NCBI RefSeq assembly: GCF_009914755.1
Contig: NC_060930.1
DNA length: 64,000 bases
DNA from: the human T2T-CHM13v2.0 reference genome, Homo sapiens
Reading direction: 5' to 3' (one strand)
The position numbers and the translations under genes were made by a program. The notes below the pieces were generated by a model that was not told the origin of the DNA, did not search any database, and saw only the letters and a program-made list of their open reading frames with translations. Shown here piece after piece: positions 11,725 through 26,476 of the stretch (its first letter is position 1; each line of letters begins with the position of its first letter).

Positions 11725-13857
11725 TCAGATACTCATAAAATATACCAAAGTGTCTGTCTAAAAAGGAAACTGAAACACTGTATAGTCCAGAAGATTGAAT
11801 CAATAATTTTTTTTCAAAGAAAACTCTAATTCAAGATGTATCTATCAGTAAGTTCCAGAAAAGCTTCAAGGAAGAAATATTTTCTATCTTACGTAAACTC
11901 TTCCACGAGGGGCAGGGGTGCTGAGAGAAAGAGAGAAAGAAGAATGGCCCAATTAATTCCACTGGGCCAAAAGTTCTTCAAACTGGATATCACAAGACTG
12001 CACTTTCAAGATCTCTCAATCTTTCTTTCCAGCTTGTATTATGTTTAATACTGACTATGACATATTCTGAAAATTATTTTTTCTTATTGATATTTAAAAA
12101 GTTATATTCTTATTGATGACATAATTTCTTCTGCAGTATCTTAAGTATAGTCACAGAAAAAGGAAAAAATAAAAGTAGTCACTTTAAAAAATATTTGGTG
12201 CTGGCAGCTCCAAATATGGCAGTGGTTAACATTTGAAACCTCCAAACTCATTAAACTCTTTAAAAATTATATGTCACAGTAGTCTCTATAAAAGGGTAAA
12301 AAATGATTTGTTTTACAATATTGCTGTATATATCATAGCTCTTCCCAGCCTTTTTTAAGATACCTTCGATAGTTTGCAAAAATGTATTTAACTGTTTCCA
12401 TAAAATGAGGTAACAGAAAAAAAGTATTTATGTATCCTTAAAGACAAAATTTTTAGATTAAAATATTTCTACATGAATCTATGATTATTTAAACAGTCCA
12501 AATTAAGTAATTTGATGTAATCTCAGAGGATTTTAAATGAAAATATCAATTTTTCTACTATCTACCGAGTTCTTCATGTTTGGTTTACGCAATTTAAAAA
12601 GTAGGATCTGAACATCAGCAAAAAGTAGGAGAAGTATTAATAAAGCCTGGGAGACCTTAGAAGATCAACATGTGACACCCTCTCATTCCAGTTATTCAGT
12701 AAAGTTTATGAAATGTTTGGTATAAGGAGATATCTTGTGAAAACACCTAAGGGGATTAATATGGGTGGATGCATTGTGATAATACATAGACCACACACAG
12801 GTTAGGAGGTGAAGACAAAAGGAGTAAAGAGAAACCCACGCTTACTCACAAAAGTGCCTGAACACTGGAATCTTCAGAGTTCTTGAATCTTGTAAGGCTG
12901 TAGGCCTTGCATAAGCCATAAAATTGGGATTGGAGAACTGTTTAAGGTGATTTTTGCCAAAGTTTTTTATTGTGATGAGAAACACATAAGAAAATTGAGC
13001 ATCTTGACATTTGTAAGTGATAGTTCAATAATACTAAATACATTCATAACGCTGTGCAACCATCACCACCACCTACCTTCAGAACTCTTTCCATCTTGTA
13101 AAACTGAAATTCTATAACCATTAAACAGTAACTCCCCATTCCTCCAAACTCCAGCCCCTGTCAACCACACTATATTTTCTACTGCTTATTATAATTTGGG
13201 ACCTTACATTTAGGTCCTTGATCCATTTTGATTTTTTATTTTAATTTTTGTATATGGTGTTAAGTAAGGGTCTGACTTCACTTTATATATATATGTGTAT
13301 ACATATAAAATATTAGACAAATATATATGTGGATATATAATTAGTCATATATATATATATATATATATATATGTGGATATCTAGTTTTCCAAGCACTGAT
13401 TGTTCAAAAGACTTGCCATTTACCTCACTGAATGGCATTGGCCCCCTTGTCAAAAACCATTTGACCATATATATCATGGTTTATTTCTGGGTTTTCTATT
13501 ATTTTCCATTGCTCTATCTCTCTGTCTTTATGCCAGCACTATCCTTTTTTTGATTACGATAGCTTTGTAGAAAGTTTTGAAATCAAAGTTTGAGTCCTCC
13601 ATCTTTGCTCTTTTCCAGGTCATTTTGATTATTCAGAGTCCCTGAGATTTCCTATGAATTTTTAGATGAGTTTTTCTATTTTTGTAAAAATGCCATTGGG
13701 ATTTTGATAGGGATTGCATTAAGTCTGTAGATTGCTTTGGGCAGTATTGAAATCTCAATGGGATTAAGTCTTCCAATCCATGAGCATGGGGTGTGCTTAC
13801 ATTTATTTGTGAATTCTTTATTTCTTTTAGCACGTTTTGTAATTTTTATTATACAAG

Positions 13858-14212
13858 TGCTACGATCTGAATGTGTGACCCCAAAATTTATGTGTTGAAA
13901 CCTAATTCCCCATGTGATGATATTAGAAAGTGAGGCCTTCAGGAGGTGATTAGATAATGAGGACGGAGTACTCATCGATGAGATCAGTGCCCTTATGAGG
14001 GGCTGAAGAGACAAGTGTTTTCTCATTTAGCCATGTGAGGATTCAGCAAGAGGACTTTCACAAACGGAAAAGCAGGTCCTAACCAAACAGAATCTGCTAG
14101 TGCCTCTGTCTTGGATTTCCCAGCCTCCAAAGCTGGGAAAAATAAATGTCTGTTGTTTACAAGCTACTTACTTTATGGCATTTTGTTATAACAGCCCAAA
14201 CAGACTAAGACA
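13858..14212 (+). mobile_element. MLT1A0-like MaLR solo LTR nested in L1
   Basis: TGCTACGATCTGAATG...CAGACTAAGACA; perfect TSD ACAAG (13853-13857 / 14213-14217). Confidence 0.9.
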
Positions 14213-16511
14213 ACAAGTCTTTTGCCAACTTGGTTAATTCTTAAGTATTTTGTTGTTTTTGATGACATTGTAAATTCAATTTTTTTTAAACTTTCTTTTC
14301 AGATTGTTCATTTTTAGTGTATAGAAATGTGACTGATTTTTGTATGTGGACTATATATCCTCTTGCTTTGCTGAATTGATTTATTAGTTCAAACTTTAGG
14401 AATTTTTTTATAAAGTTCTACATATGAGATCATATAATCTGCAAATAGAGATGTTTATTTCTACCTTTCCAATGTAGGTGCCTTTTATTTCTTTTTCTTT
14501 CCCGATTGCTCTGGCTAAAACTTCCAGTACTGTAACAAATCTGTAACAAATAGAATTGGTAAAAGCAGGCATCCTTGCCTTGTCATGTTTTTAGAGGAAA
14601 AGCTTTTACTCTTTCACCACTGAGTATACTGTTACCTGCAGGATTTTCATATATGACTTTTATTATATTGAGGTAGTTTTCTTCTATTCCTAATTTGTTT
14701 AGTTTTTGTATCATGAAAAGGTGTTGAATTTTGTCAAATGGTTTTTCTGCATCAACTGAGATGATTATATGTGTTTTTTCTTCATTCTCTTAATGTAATG
14801 CATTATACTGATCAATTTTTATATGTGGAGACCATTCCAGGAATAAATCCCACTTGGTCATGGGGTGTAATCTTCGTAATTTACTGCTGAATTCAATATG
14901 CTGGTATTTTATTGAAGACTTTTTACATTAATGTTTATTAAAGATATCTATAGTTTTCTTTTTGTGTAGTGTCTTTTTCTGGCTTGGGTATCTGGAAAAT
15001 ACTGGCCTCATAGAATGAGTTAGAAAGTGTTCCCTCCTCTTCAATACTTTGACAAATTTTGAAAAGGATTGGTATTAGTGCTTCTTTAAATATTTGGTAG
15101 CGTTCACCAGTGAAACCGTCAAGTCAAGGGCTCTCTTTATTAGGACTTTTTTTTATTATTACTTCAATCTTCTCACCAGTTATAGGTCTATTCATATTTT
15201 CATTTATTTGTGATTTAACCTTGGTAGGTCTTATGTTTCTAGAAATTGATTCATTTCCTTTAGGTTATCAAATTTTTTGGCATACAATTGTTCATAATAC
15301 ACTCTTAAAATCATTTTTATTTCCATAGAATACATAGTAATATTCCACTTTTATTTCAGATTTTAGCAATTTGAGTCCTACTCTTTGTTCTTATTAGCTA
15401 GCTAAAAGGTTTCTCAATTTTGTTGATCACTTCAAAGAACTAGCTTTGGTGCTTTGATTTCATTGGTTTTGGGTTTCATCATATTCCCTATTGCTTTTCT
15501 GTTCTCTATTTTGTTCACCTCTGCTCTAATCTGTCTTATTTCCTTTCTTCCGCTAGCACTGGGTGTATCTTGCTTTTCTTTTGCTAGTTCCTTAAATTGT
15601 AAAGCTTGGTTGTTGATTTGAGATTTTTCTTGATTTTTAACATAGGCATTTATAGCCGTAATTTTACCCTTTGCACTCACTGTATTCCAAAAGTTTTGGT
15701 ATCTTGTGATTATGTTTTCATTCATCTCTTAGTTTTTCTTTAATTTTTCATGTGATTTTTTTCTTTGATCCATTGTGTTTAAGAATGTATTAATTGATTT
15801 CCACAAATTTGTGAATTTTCCTCTTTCCTTTCTCTTATTGATTTCAAACTTCATCTTATTCTGGTCAGTGAAGATACTTTGCATGAAGTATATCTTTTAA
15901 AATCTATTAAGACTTCTTTTCTGGTCTAACATATGGTCTATCTTGGAAAATGTCGCATGTGCACTTGAGAAGAATGTGTCTGTTATTGTTTTTGGGTAGA
16001 GTGGGCTGTATACGTCTGTTAGATCTTGTTGGCATACTGTGTTGTACAAGTCATCTATTTCCTTACTTCTCCCTGGTTGTTCTATACATTGAGAATTTGA
16101 TTTTAAGTCTCCAACTATTATTGTAGAACAATTTCTCCCTTCAATTCTGTCAGTTTTTTAAATATATTTTGGTGGTCTGTCATTAGGTATGTACATGTTT
16201 ATGATTGTGATATCTTCTTGTTGTATTAAAACTTTTATAACACAAAATGTCCTTCTTTGTCTTTTCCAATTTTTTTAAAATTTAAAACATATTTTGTCTA
16301 GTATTATTATAATCACCTTGCTCTCTTTTGGTTACTACCTGCATGAAATATCTGTTCCCATCCTTTACTTTTTAATCTATTTGTGTCTTTGGATGTAAAT
16401 TTAATTCAAATATAGGAAGCAGGCAGTTGGATTATGGTTTTTTAATCTATTCTACAAATCTCTGTCTTTTCATTGGATATTTTAAATTATTTTCATTTAA
16501 AGTAATTGCTA

Positions 16512-16868
<357 letters not shown>

Positions 16869-19243
16869 CTATTTGTTTTCTAGATGCCTTACAGCTTTTC
16901 TGTCCCTCACTTTCTGCATTACTCATCTCCTTTGTGTTTAGTTGATTTTTTTTAAGTAAAACATTTGAAGTTCTTTTTTATTTTCTTTTGTTTGTATTCT
17001 ATGGCTATTTTCTTTGTGGTTATCATGGCAATTACATTTATCATCATACAGTTATAACACTGCAATTTAAATTTATATTAGCTTAACTTCAATAACATGC
17101 ACAAGCATTGCTCCTTTATCAGCTTTATCACCACCTTTTGTTGATGTTACAATATTACATGTTTATATATTGTGTGCTCCAAACATCATGAAATAAAATT
17201 CATTATTTCTTGATGATTGTAGAAAACAAAACCTGGATTTACAAACCAAGATTACAATAGTATTAGCTTTTAGACTAAATTTTTTTAATGTAATAATATA
17301 TTAGACCATGTAGAAAATAAAAATTGTCATTACAGATGATTGTTATAATAATATTAGCTTTTCTTATTGTCCATGCGTTACTTTTATTGAGATATTTATT
17401 TCTTCATATGGCTTCAAGTTAATGCCTACTGTCCTTTTATTTCACCCAGCAGGACTCCCTTAAACATGACAAAACAAACAAACAAACAAACAAACAAAAA
17501 CCTCCCTAGCTTTTGCTTACTTGTAAATTTCTTAATTCCTCCCTCATTTATGGACAATTTTGCTAGATACAAGACTCCTGATTGACAGTATTTTTCCAAC
17601 TACAACTTTGAAATATTTGCCCACTGCCTTCTGTCCTCCAATGTTTCTAATGAGAAATCTCATAATTTTATTGAGGTACTCTTGTATATGACAAGTTACT
17701 TCCCTCTTGCTGCTTTCAAGATTCTCTGTCTTTGGCTTGTAAAAATTTGATTATAATGTTTCTCCATGTAGATGTCCTTGAGTTCATTTTACCTACAGTT
17801 TGTTGAGCTCTTTGGATGTTTATATTCATATCTTTCATCAAATTTAGAAAGTGTTTAGCTATTATTTTTTAAAATATTCTCTCTGGAACTTTGTCTCTTC
17901 TCCTTTGGGACTCCTGCAATTTTATGTTGATTTCTGCTTAATGGTGTCCCACAGATTTCTTAGGTTTAGTTCACTTTTCCTCAAACTTTTTTCTTTCTGT
18001 TTCTCAGACTTGATAATTTCCATTGTCCTACCTTCAAGGTCACTGATTCCTTCTTCTCCCTACTCAAATCTGCCTTTGAATCCTTCTAGTATTTTTTTTT
18101 CATTTTAACTATTGTACTTTCCCGTTCTATAATTTTTTTGGTTCATTTCTAGGTTTTCTAACTCTTTATTGATATTTTCATTTTGTTCATATATTGTTTT
18201 CTTAGCTTTCTCCCCATCTTTAATTATTTGAGCATATTTAAGACAGTTCTTCAAAATCTTTATCTAGTAGATATACTTTCTGTTCTTTTCAGGAACAATT
18301 TCCATAGTTTATTTTTTCTTTGAGTGGGCCATACTTTTCTGTTTCTTTGTGTGTCTTGTGATTTTTTTTTTTTTTTTTGGCAAGAACTGGACATTTGAAT
18401 CTAATAATGTGGCAATTCAGGAAATCATATTCTTTCCCTTCCCCAGAGTTTGCTATTTGTTGTTTTTATTTATTCTTTTTAAATTGTTGTAGGTTGTCCC
18501 TGTGCTAAGGATCAGCCTGTGATGTAAACTTAAGGTTTTCTCGGGTGTTTCCTGAGTCTGTGCCTTTCCCTGGCAAGTATGGTCACTTTCTAATTTTCCT
18601 GTATATGCTGTTATTTGTGAATGTCCTAGTCATAAATATCTGGCTCCCAAAAAAGGGAAAAGAGAAAAAATGAAAGAGTGGAGGAATGGGTGCCAACCCT
18701 TTAAATCCCCTGGAAGTCACTTTAGCTATAGGGTGGACAGCTTGCAACAATGAGGGAGGTATAAGAACAATGGCTACCCACCTCCTTTTCTGCACCTCAG
18801 TAATCAGAAGCAGCAATCAGCAATCAGAGCACAGCTCCCTAATATTTGGAGAACAGGGTCCTTTTTGCCCACCCTAGCTCCCACTAACTGTATGCAAGCT
18901 GCTCCTGGAATGCATGCACACCTGCTTACCCTACATGAGGGATAAGTGGTTGCTACTATGCTGAGAACTAAAATTGACCTATCAAGCCTTCCCCTGGGAG
19001 TTGCAAGCCTTCAATAGACTCCAGATTTCCAAAACAGTTACAAGAGTCAGAGACGGCCAGTGCAATTACTATTGAGGTAGAAAGACTGATTGCTGGTGCT
19101 TCCTACTCCACCATCTTCCCAGAATTCTCCTTGGATATTGTTCAAGGTAATTTTGCCTATCATATGAGGCAGAGATACCCGAGCCTTTCATAAAGCTTAG
19201 GCAGGGAATAACTCTCTCTTCATGCTTAGGACTGACAGCCACT

Positions 19244-19279
19244 CATGCAAATTAATGCCACCATGCAAATTAATGCCAC
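19244..19279. repeat. Perfect 18-bp tandem duplication, each unit with an octamer motif
   Basis: CATGCAAATTAATGCCAC x2. Confidence 0.95.
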
Positions 19280-19772
19280 CAAATATCTGTGAGGATATTA
19301 GCCATGTAGGATTCAGGGTTGGAGTCCTAGAGATAGTTTTTACTTTATTCTAAAAGATGCACATAGTAAAATTTTAATATAGTGCAAATTTTGTCTTGAG
19401 CACTCCCTAATCCTTGATTTACCAACCTCCTTCTTCATGCCAACAACCAAAGAGAGGCATAATTCTCTCATATTAAGCTTAAATGTCCTGGGACTTCACT
19501 TTTTCTAATGTGCCTCCATGCTTATTTTCTTTCACTCTTTCAAAGGTGTAACTAAAAATAAAGTTTCACTTAAGATATTAAATACTCAATTTTTAAGGGT
19601 ATCTTATATTTTCTGTACATAAGATTTTATCCACAAACAGTGCAAGGAGTAATATTATATAATACATGACAATTTTATCTGAGGCATGCCAGGGTCATAA
19701 CTTGAAGGCAATGATAAGTGATTAAAGTATTCCATTCCTTTTTAGGCCAGTAAGGAAGGAGGGTTCTAGGTA

Positions 19773-19798
<26 letters not shown>
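19773..19798. repeat. (TG)13 microsatellite
   Basis: Read directly. Confidence 0.97.
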
Positions 19799-19803
<5 letters not shown>

Positions 19804-21607
19804 ACGCACATACACACGCATGCAAATATGTTTGAGAACACTGTGGCCCTCAAAACAAAACACAAATGTTACTCTTCTTGATCAAAGGAATTCCAGGAAT
19901 TTATGACACAGGATGATATAAGAATGAACATGTCAATTCTTACTATACATTCAAATGGAGAAGGAACAAAAATAGTGCAGTGCCCTACCCACAATATCAT
20001 GTTAGTGTCCTTTCCTTTCCTACTGCAAAACTTCCTCAAACCCCATCAGATGAATATGGGCACCCCCTCCCTCCACATACATGTAGGATTGTGACTTGGC
20101 CAGTTCCGTCCAATGGCGCCATCAAAGTTTGCCTCTCTCCTTCTTGAAGCTCCCCCAACATCCTTGGATTGCTGTATATAGCATTCAGTTACCCTTGTAA
20201 ACAGGCAGACCTAGTCTCATCCCTAATTATCTTTGTCATTACAGCAAGGAATTTTGAGGTGTAAGAGTAAAGAGGAACTGAGGACATGAAGGGAGAGAGT
20301 AGCTCTGAGTCAGTAAGCAAGGCTTTGAATTCACTGCAGTTGCAAGCAGCATGGCAGTATCTTATAATTCAAAAACAAAACTTTAATGTTTTCAGCTCAT
20401 TCTAAACTTTTTACGGGGCAGCAAGGTCATTATTACTGACATTCTCAGTTTTGGGATCTTCTATTTCAGAAGCCACCATCACATTGCTTTCTGACTAAAA
20501 CCACAAGGTTTGTTTGACTGAATCAGGCTTGATTTGCTTAGTGTCAGTCTTTTTTTTAGGACGCCATTTTAATCCATATCATCTGCTGTCCATTACAAGA
20601 ATAATATCTCTTAAGTTTTCCCTCAGTAGGGAGAGTGACTTGTTTTCTTTCCCTTCATATAAGGGTTCTTTTAGCCAAAGGAACTCTAGCCTTGCAATGT
20701 TTGTTTTGTGTGATTTCTGTTATTTTTATTGTACAATTTTAACACCCTACTCTACCCTCTACTCCAGACTAGCAAGGCTTGCAGAATTAATTTATCAACG
20801 TTCCTTTGAGTCCGTTTCTTATTTTCTTATGAGTTAACTGCATTCACATTTTAAACCAAATCTTGGCAGTAAGAGCCCTAGTGCTAGCTGTTGCCTCATC
20901 TATGATTTTCCATGAAAAAATCATCTCTCTCATGAAATTCTTCCTGAGAGTACCAAAGCTCTCTTATAGCAGCCAAGACTCACTGCAAAATCCCTGAGAC
21001 AAAGTGAATTTAAGATTGGCAGCAAAGACTGTAGGCGGTGCTGAGCTGTAAGATAGCTCAGCTGTTGCATTTCTTCTTAACGAGCATTATATGTATGCCT
21101 GGCCCCTCATTTCTCAAGCACCAATGAAATTTCTAATGATTTCTTGGGTTTCTACCACAGTGTTGATGACTGTCTCTTGTTTCACCCATGTGGGTGCACG
21201 TCTCTATAAATATTTTCCAAAGAGAGTCAGAAACATCTTCCCTCCCCCAAGAAAATCTTAGTATGAGTTGTTACAGTGGGGCAAACCAGGGACTGGATGC
21301 CGAATTGGTAGAAGTCCTCCCCACACCCTCCAGCCTGCAAGGCGGTTAGCAGCACCTAGGCAGTGTTTGGGTATCTTGTCTTAGAACCTGCTTTCAGGCT
21401 CTCATCTTGCAATTTGTCTCTCCAATTTCTCCTCATCAATAGAAAATAAAGTAGAGGACCATTTATTGCCTGGTTGAACATACAATTGTGTCAACATTTC
21501 ATTACTGGTCTCCATGAGCTTTACTCAGAGTTCGATAATGAGTCCCCAAGGGATACTCTTTCAGAAAGCCATCTCTCTATAAGAATGTCACCTAAGTTGC
21601 CAAGACC

Positions 21608-22073
21608 TGTCAAAAACTCTTAAAGGTTGGAGATAGCCTGTCAAGTTTCATGGATGCTGTTAGATGACACGAGACTCCTGGGGCAGAGGTAAAGGATGGT
21701 TTATTGTAATAGCAGAACCAAAGGATCAGTATTTGTACTATTTCCCCAAGCCCTGATTCTTTCAGGGCAACATGAAGTGGTCTACGTGGTACCCACATTG
21801 TATTATAGGAGGGAAAACCTGAGTTTAGGGGACCTGAATATTTTATATTGTATAATAAGTATGCCTACCCTTTCATCCCAAGGGAGACAGTCATCTCTGT
21901 CTTCCATGATTATAAGCAAACCTGTTACTTCAGAGGGAGTGTTAACTTTATGATCCATGACTATTCTTTATACAAATATCCTTTAAAAGATACTCTGGAA
22001 CAAAGAGCAGTCAAGTGTGCCTGTTTGCAAGATGTACAGAAACAAAAGACCCGTGAAGAACTGTCTTCCAACA
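21608..22073 (-). mobile_element. LTR40-like ERVL solo LTR
   Basis: Minus strand starts TGTTGGAAGACAGTTCTTCACGGGTCT, contains CCAGGAGTCTCGTGTC and AATAAA, ends TTTTTGACA; resembles the recalled LTR40 consensus. Confidence 0.7.
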
Positions 22074-22949
22074 TTTCACCAGTAAATGAAGAGAATTTCA
22101 GGAATAAATTGGTTTGCCTAGTTGATTTTTGCCACCAGAATTTTTGCCAAATAGAATTATTTGGTGGTATGCTAAATCACATGCATGCAAATGAAAAGAT
22201 AACAAGCAATGTACAAATCCACTTTTCATATTTATTATAAAAACAAGCTAGAATAAGCAACTTTTGGAGCTACGGTTCTTCAGAGTTGGAAAAATAGTAT
22301 ATATTATCTAAATCAAATAATAGAAAAGAAAAAATGAAGTACAATAATGGTATAATAAATAACTGCAAACAAAAATGTGTAATGATAGAGACAAAAATGG
22401 TGGCCAAAAATGAACACCAGGTTAGATCAGCACAATGGAGTAAGAATCTGTAATAAAATGAAGCAAGAATATGTTTTGGCTTTGCAGCTAAAATCAATTT
22501 TGGCAGAATGAGATTTACTACTTAAAATTGTGTCTGCCTTTTGAAAATAAATATTGAAGATGATTCTATGACATTGAATGATAGCAGGTAAAAACAAATT
22601 TTGAAAAAGTAGAGGTAGTTCAATTTTAAGTTTTGAAGTTTAGGAGGTAAGAGAGATAGTATTAAATAGCACAAGAAAAATAAAGGAACGCATAAATATT
22701 GCAAGGCTAGACTTTGGGGAAAAGAAATAGTTAAATTAAAAGAAAGATGGAAAAAATCTCTCTCCTACCAGTTGAAAATTTTCAGACTAAATAACCCATT
22801 TTATGTGACTCAAGTGAGCCTTCCCAAGACACTCATACACTTAAAATTTGCATAAGCTTAGATTAATCTAGCAACTTCAGATTCAGGAAATTATGAGGAC
22901 CTTCACTCTGTTAGCAGTCTCATTTTGACATCCTAGTTGTGAGTAATGT

Positions 22950-23125
22950 GAAGAGAAAGGGAGAAAGGAGCAGGTACGAAAGAAGAGGAAGAGAAGGGAA
23001 TAAAGGAAGGGAAAAAGAAAAAAAAAGGAAGAAGAGAAGGAGGAGAAAGAAGGGAAGGAGAAAGGGAGATAAAAAGAAGACAGACTAATGGGATAAAAGG
23101 ACGAAAAGAAAAGAGAAAGAGAAAA
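22950..23125. repeat. Purine-rich (GA/GAA/GGA) low-complexity tract
   Basis: About 175 nt almost entirely A/G. Confidence 0.9.
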
Positions 23126-23471
23126 ATCCTCATTCAGTTCCCAGAAGTATAAGTAACTTATAATTGTTCCAGTAAGTACAGATGGACAAAACAATTTGCT
23201 TATTGGTGCATTTTGTAAGCTCTAAAAACAGATATATATGATTTGTTTGGTTTCTTTTATTATTAAAAGATAAAAACAGGCTGCAATGGCATATCAGTGA
23301 CACAAATATGGAGGCAGGTTAGAAGCCAACTTTTACTGTAGTAAATGGCCAAACTTACTCACTGCTACTCTTTTCCATCCAAAGTCAACACGTTCTCAGG
23401 CTATAGCACGGCGGGGAAAAGGGTTGTCAATATTTGTACTAAATCTTATTGTTAGATTTCTTAAAAGGTAA

Positions 23472-23858
<387 letters not shown>

Positions 23859-26476
23859 TGAATTATATTTCAAGAGTTTCCAAATCACGTTCAATATTCT
23901 CTAGAATATTAGTAAATTTAAATGCATTCACTTGTTTTTAAAGGACATTTGGTTCAATAATTTTAAATTAAATTGTTTTATTATGGTACTCTCTTTTGGG
24001 GAGGGAGATGATAAAAGGTGTACTGAGTATCAGTCTTTTCCTCACTGTTATTAGAACATTAAAAGATTTATTCATAAAGCTGAAGTTTATTTCAATATCT
24101 CTCATGCATTTGTCTATTTTATAAAAGGATACAATGTACTCTAAGAATGTCTGGGTTAATATTAATATCAGAAACATAGACTGAACGTTAGATTGTATTA
24201 CATTTTATATTCCTTAACACAAGGCACCTTTGAATTTTGTAATGCTATCCAAATGTATACATATGAACTATTTGATATAAAATTCCTTTAATAACTTCAG
24301 AGTCTGTCAGAATTCAGACATTTTGTGTATTGCTTGCTATTCAAAGGAAAATTATTTGCACCATTTTGGTGTATTGATTTGTCTGTTTTGTTTCCTGGAG
24401 AGAGTCTATTATGGAACTGAAAAAAATATTCAACAGTCATTTTGCTCTAACTCTCAGTAAGAAGGAATTGTTTTAATATGATTATAAATTAAAGACTAAA
24501 GTAAAATCTTCCCTATTTATTTTGGTCAGTTCAGCTATGTTTCTCAACTGAAATTATCTTCTAAGAAGTTACAAACAAAATGTTAAATACATGGGAACTT
24601 CAACGTTGCAGGGGCCTTCAATTACCATTTTAAAATGAAATTTTTTAAAGATAAACTTGACATATACCCAAGTATTTCATGGCTCTTTATAAGATTTTGT
24701 TTTGCATCATTCAGTATTATGCAAATAAGGCTGAAAAGGTTGGTGAATTTGAACACATTTGTTAGATTCCATGTACTCCTATACAGGGATCCTGAAAATA
24801 CTTTGTATTAAGTTCTTGTTCAATTAGACCAAATTTCCTCCACTTGGCTAAGCTTCATGGAAACATCACACTTTATTTTCTACCTACCAAAAGCAGGGTA
24901 TTTCAAGATATCTACAGTAGCCTAAATGTGATAGTTTTAAGATTGCAACTTTTGTATCCTACTAATGTTTTTAACATTTATCTTCACTAATATTTAAACA
25001 GTTGAACATTTTTTAAAAATAAGAAATAGAAACGTCCTTTCAAGGGTCATGAAGGTCTTATCATCCTTGAGATAGATTGGTGGAATGTAGGCTACTCTGT
25101 CCCTTCATCTTTCCATCAATCTACTGAACAGCGTGGCTGCAGTCATTTACACACCAGGAAGAAATAGAGTCCCTGAGCCACTGCTTGTTCAGTGTGTTAT
25201 TTCACTCTCCCAATGTCAGTTGAAAGTGTTTTCATCCTTCAGTGTTTTCTCAGCCTGGCAGAAAAATGGATAATGGATGATGATGTGGATGACAAAGTGC
25301 ATGGACTCTGAAGCTGATGAAGAGGAGAAAGAATTTGATAAGAAAAGCCACAGCATTATGAAAAATCTCAAACACACACAAGTGGAGCCCTTATGTTGCT
25401 TCTCTGTTACAGAATGCTTTTCTCTCTCGAGCTCATGCCATCTCATCTATTTGCTTAGATACGGTGGTAAAAAATGCAGACACGTAAAATGTGTTAGTAA
25501 GAAGGATTATTATCATTTTTCCAGTAAGTGTTTAAGGTAGATTTATGAATCCTTACATTTTCAATTTCCATTTTTTTCTCCTCTTTTAGATCACTATGGC
25601 AAACTTTCACTATTAACAACAATTCCTATTCTCTAACCTAAAAATAAAAGTTAGATAAGAGTAACCTAAACTTACATAAACTAAAATTTTGGTATGTTAT
25701 CATGAAAGGTTGTACTGTACATTTACCTATGAATGAGAAGAGCATGCCCCTTTCTGATGGTGAATTGCAGAATATGAAGAGCCATGGTTATCAGAAGAAA
25801 TAGAAAAAGGTGAGGTATGGTATCAGGAGTCCCAAGAGAACAAAATATGTTTGGTTGATGAAACAAAAAATATTTTGTTCATCTGTCATTGTTTTTTCTT
25901 CTTTCTCTGTATTTCTTTCCCATCACCACTCTTGCCTATACATTTTTACTTCCTAGTATTTTCACCAATGGTGTCTTTGCAGTTTCCCCCCAAATACCTG
26001 ATCTGTGGTTGGTGTTTGTTTCTAGAATGAATGATTTGTTTCCTTGCCTCTAATATTTATTTTTCTTTAAGTCTTTGTTGGCTCGCCTATGATGTAACAA
26101 GCCCTGTGCTAACAGAACAATACAATAAGGCACAATCATCTGTGAACATCAGAACACAGCATGTGCTGTACTATGTGCACAACTAGGAATCACATAGTTC
26201 ACATCCTCTTTTGGTTTTCACTCAAATACGTCCAATTCTCCTTCTCCAGTTTGCCTGATTAAAGTTTATTAGTGCTTCAAGTCTCAGCTAAAACATTATT
26301 TTCTCCAAGAGTATGTCCTCAAACCTCTAGAGCAGGTTAGATGTATTTGCTATTTGCTCCCACACAACCTTGTGTGTAACTGGTTTGTGGTATTAAGAGC
26401 TAAATTTCCAGTAACTAATACTATTGTGGGTAACTGGTGCTTAATATAAATTTTTATTTTAATGGAATTCAAGGAG

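Noticed and set aside
13633-15725. ORFs with real L1 ORF2 peptide motifs (also 35294-36328)
   Set aside because: Short frameshifted relics of dead LINEs; annotated as mobile elements, not CDS.
21848-22240. 130-aa ORF
   Set aside because: Non-ATG start and mostly antisense LTR40-like sequence.
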